From the NCBI GenBank assembly GCA_963675665.1, contig OY776510.1, positions 1,536,001-1,600,000 of the forward strand: a stretch of 64,000 nucleotides of DNA. The letters are read 5' to 3'. This DNA is from Spirochaetia bacterium (GTDB lineage: Bacteria > Spirochaetota > Spirochaetia > UBA9216). Under the pieces are notes generated by a model. It was given only the letters and a program-made list of their open reading frames with translations. It made no database searches and was not told the origin of the DNA. The stretch's first letter is position 1; each line of letters starts with the position of its first letter. Position numbers and translations under genes: made by a program. Shown here piece by piece: positions 56,540 to 64,000 of this stretch.

Positions 56540-57622
56540 ATGAACAAAGATATTGTTATTAATCTTGAAAAGAGTTTTTTTACCGATAAGGAAAAAAATC
56601 TTATTGAAAACGGAAGTCTTGAGGCATCAATTTTTACCTATAAAAGCGGAATTCATGCTGTAAGGCTTAAAAATTCTTACGGCTATCTGGTTATTCTGCC
56701 GTACAAGGGGCAGCAAATATGGGATGCAGTATTCAACAATAGAAGCATGAAGATGCATACGGTGAGAAAAGAGCCTGTCGAAACAGATTTCTTCCTGAAT
56801 TCCTACAGTTGTCTTATGATGCACTGCGGGGCTCTCAGGATGGGATGTCCCGGTGAAAAGGATACTCATCCGCTTCATGGTGAATTGCCTTATGCAGATT
56901 ATTCAAGCGCCCAGATTATTACTGGAAAAGATGAAACAGGATCCTATATCGGGGTTACCGGAATTTATGAACATATACATACTTTTGCACCCAGTTATTA
57001 TGCAAGGCCCTGTGTGAAGTTTTATGAGAACAGCGGGATTTTTGATATTTCCATAGAAATTACCAATTTGCTTCATTATCCGATGGAGTTAATGTATATG
57101 TGTCATATCAATTTTAAATCGAATCAAAAGAGTTCAATCTTCCAAAGCGTCGGATGGTCGGAAAAGGACATGGTCCTGAGCATTGAACATCTGCATGAGC
57201 AGGACAAATTATCCGATGAGAAAAAGAATCTTCTTGACGCCATAAAAAAGAATCCTAAACTCACCCAAACTGTTACAAAAGATGATGTTTATGATCCCGA
57301 GATCAATTATTTCTTTAAAAACATTAAGCCGGATAAAAACGGAGAGATTCATTTTCTGCAGGTCCTTGACGACGGAACAGGTAATTATGTCGGTTATAAA
57401 CCGGATTTGCTGGATCATGCTGTACGGTGGATTTGGAAAAATGAGGATTATGATGTAATGGGAATGGTCCTTCCGTCAACATGCGAACCTGAAGGGTACC
57501 TGAGGGAAAAGGAAAAGGGTTCGATAAAGGAGATTCCCGGCAAGGGTTCGGTTGTTCTTTCTGTAAAATGCGGATATCTTAATTTAAAGGAAACGGGAGA
57601 GATGAAAAAGAATCTATGCTGA
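56540..57622 (+). CDS. DUF4432 aldose-1-epimerase-fold protein (DeoM-like mutarotase)
   Basis: LPYKGQQIWDA.F, HCG...MGCP...DTHPLHGELP, YMCHINF, LPSTCEPEG. Confidence 0.8.
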   Translation: MNKDIVINLEKSFFTDKEKNLIENGSLEASIFTYKSGIHAVRLKNSYGYLVILPYKGQQIWDAVFNNRSMKMHTVRKEPVETDFFLNSYSCLMMHCGALRMGCPGEKDTHPLHGELPYADYSSAQIITGKDETGSYIGVTGIYEHIHTFAPSYYARPCVKFYENSGIFDISIEITNLLHYPMELMYMCHINFKSNQKSSIFQSVGWSEKDMVLSIEHLHEQDKLSDEKKNLLDAIKKNPKLTQTVTKDDVYDPEINYFFKNIKPDKNGEIHFLQVLDDGTGNYVGYKPDLLDHAVRWIWKNEDYDVMGMVLPSTCEPEGYLREKEKGSIKEIPGKGSVVLSVKCGYLNLKETGEMKKNLC

Positions 57623-58737
57623 CGCTGGAGATGTGCCGTAAAAGACGTTCCCGGCTATGGGCGCGTGTTCCGGATACAATCGAATGGATTGTTCTGGGAA
57701 ACCCCAAGCATATATATTACATGTGCGGGTTTTTGATAAACCCTGTCAGTTTTTCCGCCGGTGAGAAAGTGTTCCTGATTCTGGAAAGGTCCGAAAAAGC
57801 AATTCTGGTTGCGGATGATTTTGCCTTATCTTCTTCAGAAGCAGAATATTATGTTGATGATGTTGTTGAAGCGGGATGGTATGACAAAATTCATTCCGTC
57901 CGAAACAGGACCCGTTCGGTTGTAAAGGCTCTGGTAAACACATTATGTAAGTATCCAAAGGAAAACGGCTGTTCCGAATCGGAATGGGTTCCTTCAGGGC
58001 TTGGGCTGGAAAAAAATGAAGAGGTTTTGATTTCAGATATTATCCTTTCCCTGAGACGTAAAAAAGAACCTGATGAGATTGCGATTTTAAAAAAGATCGC
58101 GAAGGCGTCGGATGCCGGTCATGCCCGTGCTTTTGAAATAATCAGGCCGGGAATAACCGAAATGGAAGTCTATAGGGAAATTTCAGAAGCTGTTTTAAAA
58201 TCGCTTGGGCAACCGGCAATTATTTACGGTGATTTTCGTTTTGTAAACGCCCAAATGCCGTTGTGCGGGGGCACTCCGACCGGATACAGCTGCAAGCCGG
58301 GTGACCTTTTTATTCTGGATTATTCTGTTGCTTTTCTCGGATATAGAACGGATTGCACCAATACCATAAGCGTCGGGAAAGTTACGGAAGAGCAGCAGAA
58401 ACTTTTTGACCTAAGTTTAAATGCGATTAAAAAAACAGAACCGCTGCTGGTTCCGGATCGGCCTGCTTCTGAGGTTTTTTCGTTTATGTATCAGATATTT
58501 AAAGAGAATAACCATGAAACTGATTTCGGGCGGCATGCAGGTCATGGCCTTGGGCTGTCTCATCCCGAGGCTCCGTGTTTCGGTCCTGAAAGTGATGAGG
58601 TTCTGATTGAAGGAGACGTTGTTACTCTGGAGCCGGGGATATACATGAAAGGAACAGGAGGTGTGCGTCTGGAGCGAAACTATCTTATTACCGGAGATGG
58701 TCCGGAATTACTGACCCGGCATCGATTGTCACTATAA
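57616..58737 (+). CDS. M24 (pita-bread fold) peptidase/amidohydrolase
   Basis: LR..K.PDEI, LDYS....GY.TD.TNT, HAGHGLGL.HPE, LEPGIY, RLE. Confidence 0.88.
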   Translation: MLTLEMCRKRRSRLWARVPDTIEWIVLGNPKHIYYMCGFLINPVSFSAGEKVFLILERSEKAILVADDFALSSSEAEYYVDDVVEAGWYDKIHSVRNRTRSVVKALVNTLCKYPKENGCSESEWVPSGLGLEKNEEVLISDIILSLRRKKEPDEIAILKKIAKASDAGHARAFEIIRPGITEMEVYREISEAVLKSLGQPAIIYGDFRFVNAQMPLCGGTPTGYSCKPGDLFILDYSVAFLGYRTDCTNTISVGKVTEEQQKLFDLSLNAIKKTEPLLVPDRPASEVFSFMYQIFKENNHETDFGRHAGHGLGLSHPEAPCFGPESDEVLIEGDVVTLEPGIYMKGTGGVRLERNYLITGDGPELLTRHRLSL

Positions 58738-58762
58738 GTATTATCATTTTAATAATTTTTTC

Positions 58763-58805
58763 TTGACGTATCTGCGGATTGCTTGTATAGTAGTTGTACG
58801 TACAA
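58763..58805 (+). promoter_or_regulatory. Promoter with AraR-type operator 3
   Basis: TTGACG, N17, TATAGT. TTGTA-N6-TTGTACGTACAA at 58783-58805; same geometry as 50540-50582. Confidence 0.85.
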
Positions 58806-59023
58806 GAGGTTGTATAAATTACCTCAAATTGCGGTGTTATTTAATTGGATCTATAGACAGAAATACCTGGTGATAAACTGCCTGATTTTTAGGGCTTTAT
58901 TGGTGATAATGACCAACGATTCTTTAATGGAATTCCCTGGACAGGCCGGATATTCTTGGATTATCTGTATTTATAGGCAATATTATGAACTCTTCATTTT
59001 AAAAATTGTTTTTTTATTATTAC

Positions 59024-59048
59024 TTGTACGTACAAGAAGCTTACAAGT
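59024..59048. promoter_or_regulatory. AraR-type operator 4
   Basis: TTGTACGTACAA-N6-TACAAGT; same geometry as 51700-51724. Confidence 0.85.
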
Positions 59049-59122
59049 AGTTTTGTGGCATTATACGGTTTGCAAGCAGGGCTTGCCGGCCGTAAAAAAT
59101 AAAATAGCAAAAGGAGAGCTAA

Positions 59123-60259
59123 ATGAAAAAGAAATTGATGTGCATAGCACTGGTTGTAATGCTGGTACTTGGAGCAACGGTTGTATTTGCCGGAGGGCAG
59201 CAGGAATCAGGAGCAGCAGCAGACGATACGGTAAAAATAGGCGTATCGATCTGGGGTTACACGGACGCTTTGGGAACAAAGGTGTACAATTTTCTTAATT
59301 ATGCAGCAGACGCGCTTGATGCGGAAGTTGAGTTTGTAGCGACCGGTTTTGATACCGAGCAAACAGTAGCGAGTATAGAAAACCTGGTAGCGAGTGGGTG
59401 TGATGCGATAATCGTATGTAACTCGTCCGACGGTGTAATGCCGAAACTTATCAAGATCTGTGATGACAATGGAGTATACCTTGCACAGTTCTTCAGAAAG
59501 ATAGCTGATCCTGAAGTATTGAAGATAGCGGAAAGCTCAAAATACTACATTGGAACGACCCACGAAGATGAAATCAGCACCGGCTATAATCTTGGAAAAG
59601 CGCTTGCGGAGAAGGGCGTAAAAACCACAGCAATTATCAGTTGGAACCACGGCGATGCAACAGCAGAAGACAGGTATACAGGATATAAGAAGGCCTTTGC
59701 TGAAAGCGGAATAAAGATTCTTGCAGAGCAGTGGGAAATCATGGTAGCCGAAGAATCCGCAAAGGCAGCGGAAAGCTTCATGGCAGCCTATCCTAACCTC
59801 GAGAGTATTGTAGTAACCGGCGGAAGCGGCGAACCTCTGGCAGGAGCGGTAAGCGCAGTTGAAAACAGGGGAATGACCGGCAAGGTGCAGATAGTATCAA
59901 CCGATTTTATACCGACCTTGAGAGAAGACCTTGCGAGCGGAAGGATCTCTGCCATGTCAGGCGGCCACTGGACCGACCCGTTCTTCTCGTTCATGCTTGC
60001 CTATAACACGGTAGTCGGCGGATATGATGCGGACGGCTGGGAAGAGCTTCTTATGGACATGGTATATGTAAGCTCAGCGGAAGACTACGACAACTATGAC
60101 AAGTGGTTTAACGGTGATGTGCCTCCGTACACAACAGAAGAGATCCAGAACCTGGCTTATACCTTCAACAAGAACCATACAATTGGTGATCTGAAAGCGG
60201 CGGCGGCAGCTATCTCGCTTGAAGATGTAATGAAACGCCATGCAGGAATGATTAAATAG
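59123..60259 (+). CDS. Sugar ABC SBP
   Basis: Signal ...VFAGGQQE; periplasmic-binding fold (IENLVASGCDAII); AAGGAG RBS. Confidence 0.88.
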   Translation: MKKKLMCIALVVMLVLGATVVFAGGQQESGAAADDTVKIGVSIWGYTDALGTKVYNFLNYAADALDAEVEFVATGFDTEQTVASIENLVASGCDAIIVCNSSDGVMPKLIKICDDNGVYLAQFFRKIADPEVLKIAESSKYYIGTTHEDEISTGYNLGKALAEKGVKTTAIISWNHGDATAEDRYTGYKKAFAESGIKILAEQWEIMVAEESAKAAESFMAAYPNLESIVVTGGSGEPLAGAVSAVENRGMTGKVQIVSTDFIPTLREDLASGRISAMSGGHWTDPFFSFMLAYNTVVGGYDADGWEELLMDMVYVSSAEDYDNYDKWFNGDVPPYTTEEIQNLAYTFNKNHTIGDLKAAAAAISLEDVMKRHAGMIK

Positions 60260-60273
60260 AACAAAAGAATTTG

Positions 60274-60305
60274 CGGCGGTCTTTTGCGAAAGCAACGGAC
60301 CGCCG
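60274..60305 (+). terminator. GAAA-tetraloop hairpin after the SBP gene
   Basis: CGGCGGTC.TTGC-GAAA-GCAA.GACCGCCG with no T tail; may be an mRNA stabiliser. Confidence 0.5.
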
Positions 60306-60336
60306 TTGTCAAATAAGGAAACGGGAAAGCTGACAG

Positions 60337-61260
60337 ATGAAAGAGCTTAAATATATTTTGTTACTTATATGTGTGCCGTTGGCGGTATACATAGTCTTCT
60401 CGATAATGCAGCCGGAAAACTTCGGCAGCTTGAACAGCATACTGATGCTGATACAGCAGTGTCTGCTGCCGTCTCTGGCGGCCTTCGGTTTTTACTTCAT
60501 TATAACGATGGGTCTTTTTGATTTCAGCATAGGCGCGAATATAGTATTGAGCGGAATATTCGGAGTAATGCTGTCGCGATCGATGGGGTATGCCGGGTTG
60601 ATACTGGGAAGTCTTGTATGCAGCGCGGCGATAGGGTTTCTCAACGGAATAATCTATACGCGGCTTAGAATCCCCTCGATAATAGTGACCGTCGGTCTTT
60701 TGATGATCTATGAGTGTTTCGGAAAATTCTTAAGCAGCGAAAGCGTATTGTCGCTGGATAAGAGCTACCGGATGTTAGGCAGCGCGCCGCAGAACATAAT
60801 AGTAAGCGCGGCGGCGATGTTTGTAGCGATATTCCTGCTAAAATATTCAAGAATAGGAACATATATCAGGGCGATAGGCAACAATGAGAATATCGCGAGG
60901 AATATGGGAATAAAGGTGGACAGGTACAAGGTGATCGGGTTTTTGATCTGCGGACTGTTTGCCGGAATAACGGCGATATTGACCGTCAGTTACAGCTCGT
61001 CGGTAGCGGCGCAGCTGCGTATGAGCAGTATGGACAGGAACTTCACGCCGATAATGGGCTGTTTTGTAGGCCTGGCGCTTAAGAAATATATAAACCCGAT
61101 AATAGCGATATTTATCGGAGAGTTTACGATTTCACTGCTGATAAACGGACTTATGACGAACGGAATAGATTCGACGCTGCAGAAGGTAATAACCGGCTCA
61201 TTTTTGCTGATAATAGTGAGTTTTACGTCATATAAAAACAAAGCCCGGGTTGTTAAATAG
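60337..61260 (+). CDS. Sugar ABC permease
   Basis: G..DFSIG, IPSIIVT.G, RAIG.N...A...GI. Confidence 0.9.
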   Translation: MKELKYILLLICVPLAVYIVFSIMQPENFGSLNSILMLIQQCLLPSLAAFGFYFIITMGLFDFSIGANIVLSGIFGVMLSRSMGYAGLILGSLVCSAAIGFLNGIIYTRLRIPSIIVTVGLLMIYECFGKFLSSESVLSLDKSYRMLGSAPQNIIVSAAAMFVAIFLLKYSRIGTYIRAIGNNENIARNMGIKVDRYKVIGFLICGLFAGITAILTVSYSSSVAAQLRMSSMDRNFTPIMGCFVGLALKKYINPIIAIFIGEFTISLLINGLMTNGIDSTLQKVITGSFLLIIVSFTSYKNKARVVK

Positions 61261-61286
61261 GTATCGGAGCGGAAGGAATTGCAGGA

Positions 61287-62789
61287 ATGGGAAAAGAAAT
61301 AATATTAAGCCTGAAAGGGTTGTGCAAAACATTTGGTCCGACGAAAGCCCTGGATGATGTAAGTTTTGATATATACCGCGGAGAGATACGCGGACTGATA
61401 GGAGAGAACGGGTCCGGAAAATCGACAGCGATGTCGGTGGTAACCGGAATCCACCGGAAAGACGGCGGAGAAATGGTTTTTAACGGAGAAGAATATAACC
61501 CGGCAGATTTGCTGTCAGCGAACCAGTCCGGGATAAGCATAATAATGCAGGAAATGAATACCATTGAGGGATTGACGGTATCAGAGAATATCTTTTTGGG
61601 ACATGAAAAAGATTACCTTGTCTTCGGCTTCAAGAATATGGGAATGATGAACGCCGCAGCAAAGAAGCTGCTGGAAGAGTACGGGCTTGATGAAATAGAC
61701 CCGTCACTGGATATAGGTCATTTCAGCTTTGAAGAACGGAAGATGATAGAACTTGTGAAGGCGGTCAATTTTGAACCGCAGCTGTTTATAGTGGACGAAA
61801 CGACAACGGCGCTGTCGCAGGACGGGCGGGAGAAGCTTTACGGGATTATGAAAAGGCTCAAGGAAGAAGGCCGGTCTGTAGTTTTCATCTCGCATGATCT
61901 GCCCGAGGTGCTGCAGTGGTGCGATACGATAACGGTGCTGCGCGACGGAAAGTTTATCGACACGGTGGAAAAGAGCAGTGTGGATGAAGACGATCTGAAA
62001 CGGCTGATGGTCGGACGCGAACTCGGTGAGAAATACTACCGTGAAGATTATGAAAAGTTTGAGGGAAGTGAAAAGGTTTTAGAGATAAAAAGCATCACGA
62101 TCCCCGGGGTTCTGCATGATATAAGCCTTGATTTGCACAGGGGCGAGATCCTCGGAATAGGCGGTCTGACCGACTGCGGCATGCATGAGCTTGGAAAGGT
62201 TATATACGGAGCGGAGAAAAATTACAGCGGGAAGGTGATTTTGAGCGGGAAGAATGTAGAGATAACCGACATAAAGCAGGCGATTGATTTGGGGATTGGT
62301 TATGTATCGAAGAACCGGGACCAGGAAGCGCTGATGCTGTATTCGAGTATCAGGGACAATATCTGTCTGGTGTGCCTTGATGATCTTGAAAGAGGAATAC
62401 ATATATCGGACAAGACCGAAAAAAGCTTTTCGGAAGAGTTCAGTAAAAGACTGCAGGTGAAGATGACGTCTGTGGAACAATTCATCTCTGATCTGAGCGG
62501 AGGGAACAAACAGAAAGTGTCGGTGGCCAAGTGGCTGGCGAAAGGGTCGGATATCCTGATACTCGACTGCCCTACGCGGGGAATCGACGTGAAGGTGAAA
62601 GCAGCGATATACGAGCTGATGGAAGAGCTGAAAGAGCGGGGGAAGTCAATAATAATGATATCCGAAGAGCTGCTTGAGCTTATAGGAATGTGCGACCGGA
62701 TAGTGATTCTGAAGCACGGAGCAATCTCCGGAGATGTTGAAAGAAAGAAAGATATGTCTGAGGAAGAGCTCATAGATTACATGATATGA
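61287..62789 (+). CDS. Sugar ABC ATP-binding protein
   Basis: GENGSGKST, VDETT, LSGGNKQK, LDCPTRGIDV. Confidence 0.93.
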   Translation: MGKEIILSLKGLCKTFGPTKALDDVSFDIYRGEIRGLIGENGSGKSTAMSVVTGIHRKDGGEMVFNGEEYNPADLLSANQSGISIIMQEMNTIEGLTVSENIFLGHEKDYLVFGFKNMGMMNAAAKKLLEEYGLDEIDPSLDIGHFSFEERKMIELVKAVNFEPQLFIVDETTTALSQDGREKLYGIMKRLKEEGRSVVFISHDLPEVLQWCDTITVLRDGKFIDTVEKSSVDEDDLKRLMVGRELGEKYYREDYEKFEGSEKVLEIKSITIPGVLHDISLDLHRGEILGIGGLTDCGMHELGKVIYGAEKNYSGKVILSGKNVEITDIKQAIDLGIGYVSKNRDQEALMLYSSIRDNICLVCLDDLERGIHISDKTEKSFSEEFSKRLQVKMTSVEQFISDLSGGNKQKVSVAKWLAKGSDILILDCPTRGIDVKVKAAIYELMEELKERGKSIIMISEELLELIGMCDRIVILKHGAISGDVERKKDMSEEELIDYMI

Positions 62790-62801
62790 GAAGGGGTTGG
62801 A

Positions 62802-63725
62802 ATGAACAGGAAGATAAATATACAGAGAATGATACCCTTTGCCGGCCTGGTGGCAGTAATAGTGCTGTTTTCAGTATTAACCTCAGGAGAGCTTGTAACA
62901 GTAAAGAACATGAAGCTGGTATTGGAGCAGGCAATACTGGTGATGGTATCAAGTATAGGGGTGTTGTTTGTAATGACGCTGGGAAGCCTTGACTTCTCGC
63001 AGGGATCGATACTTGGAATCTGCTCGATAATAGCGACGACGGTATCGCATGCGAATATCCCGCTTGCGGTATTCCTGACGCTTGGAGCCGGACTATTGAT
63101 AGGGTTATTGAACGGAAGCATGCATGCAAAGTTGAAGATACCCTCGTTTATAGTGACGATCTGTACAATGTTTATATTCAGGGGGCTGACGTCTTACATT
63201 ACGCGAAAGAAAGCGCTGCAGATACCGTTTCGGCTGTATGATTTTGACGAGCTTGTCTATAAACTGCCGCTGCTTTTGCTGCTGCTTTTGATAGGTTTTT
63301 ATGTGTTTACGTATACACGGCTTGGAAAACAGTGCCGGGCGATAGGGTCCGGAGAGATAGCGAGTTTTTATGCCGGTGTAAAGGTGGATAAAATAAAGAT
63401 AATAGCGTTTGGAGCGGCAGGTCTTATGGGCGGAGTGACGGCGCTGTTTAATATAGTAAGGGTGGGAACTGCGTCTGCGAACACGGGTCTGCTGCATGAA
63501 ACGAACATTCTGATAGCGATAGTGCTGGGCGGAACGGCGGTAACCGGCGGAGCAAAGACAAAGTTCAACAGTGTGATAATAGGCAGCCTGCTGCTTGCGG
63601 TGCTGGCGAACGGGCTTGTTTTATTGGGTATAGATATAGCGGTACAGCAGCTGCTTAAAGGACTGATATTCCTCGGCGCTGTTTATCTGACCGTGGAGAA
63701 AGGCAGTAATTATGCTGTTAAATAG
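62802..63725 (+). CDS. Sugar ABC permease
   Basis: G.LDFS.G, IPSFIVT, AIVLGG..V.GG. Confidence 0.9.
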   Translation: MNRKINIQRMIPFAGLVAVIVLFSVLTSGELVTVKNMKLVLEQAILVMVSSIGVLFVMTLGSLDFSQGSILGICSIIATTVSHANIPLAVFLTLGAGLLIGLLNGSMHAKLKIPSFIVTICTMFIFRGLTSYITRKKALQIPFRLYDFDELVYKLPLLLLLLLIGFYVFTYTRLGKQCRAIGSGEIASFYAGVKVDKIKIIAFGAAGLMGGVTALFNIVRVGTASANTGLLHETNILIAIVLGGTAVTGGAKTKFNSVIIGSLLLAVLANGLVLLGIDIAVQQLLKGLIFLGAVYLTVEKGSNYAVK

Positions 63726-63750
63726 CAAAAACATATAAGGAGTATTTATC

Positions 63751-64000
63751 ATGAACAAGGTAGTTATTATTGGGGCAGGCAGTTCAATGTTCACTAAAAA
63801 ATTATTGGGCGATTTATTGTCGTTTGATGATATGAATATTGATGAATTCAGTCTGGTGGATATTAATAAGGAGAAGCTTGCCGTTATAGAAAAGGTAGCT
63901 GAAAAACTATGTTCTCAATTCGGGAAGAAAGTAAAGATATCGACAACAGATAAAAGACGGGATGTTCTGAAAGATGCACGCTGGGTAATTAATACTATAG
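63751..64000 (+). CDS. Partial GH4 NAD-dependent glycosidase (alpha-galactosidase/glucosidase type); runs off the right edge
   Basis: Not in the ORF track. AAGGAG RBS, then MNKVVIIGAGSSMFTKKLLGDLL...LVDINKEKL...TTDKRRDVLKDARWVINTI. Confidence 0.88.
   Translation, partial: MNKVVIIGAGSSMFTKKLLGDLLSFDDMNIDEFSLVDINKEKLAVIEKVAEKLCSQFGKKVKISTTDKRRDVLKDARWVINTI

Noticed and set aside
58783-59298. 171-aa ORF overlapping the SBP start
   Set aside because: Begins inside the promoter/operator, has no RBS or recognisable domain, and overlaps the SBP gene in another frame.
45712-60305. Hairpins after each SBP gene as attenuators or ncRNAs
   Set aside because: A standard feature of sugar ABC operons that raises SBP mRNA relative to downstream genes.
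1-64000. tRNA, rRNA, transposase, integrase, prophage or defence genes
   Set aside because: None recognised in the ORFs or intergenic regions by eye; tRNAscan, Infernal and DefenseFinder were not run.

Overview
Bacterial chromosomal window, most likely from a free-living spirochaete (Spirochaetaceae-like). This is inferred from the lytic transglycosylase-uppP-ftsK gene order and the ...AGGQQE/AGGNQE signal peptides on the sugar-binding proteins. 1-14.2 kb holds envelope and housekeeping genes: an Hsp70-like/acidic-repeat/TM/LysM protein, SLT, UppP, FtsK, MATE, an IscS-like enzyme, MFS, MMPL and a lipoprotein. 14.3-31.9 kb is an uncharacterised carbohydrate-derivative catabolic island: two diverged N-acylglucosamine 2-epimerase paralogues, two Cys-less DUF1355/GATase1-like proteins, PfkB, LacI, a sugar ABC system with duplication scars, an AllA-like cupin, a C_GCAxxG_C_C protein, DeoC, GntR, two SDRs and an M24 hydrolase. 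32-37 kb carries rex and a cobinamide-salvage cluster. 37-50.5 kb is L-arabinose utilisation (ribulokinase, araD, araA, GH51, YtfQ-like ABC) with a five-site LacI-type operator family. 50.5-64 kb has an AraR-type regulator and four tripartite operators upstream of itself and two further sugar ABC systems, with a DUF4432 mutarotase-like gene, a second M24 hydrolase and a partial GH4 gene. No tRNA, rRNA, CRISPR array or transposase was seen. All product calls come from motif recognition by eye, not database searches.
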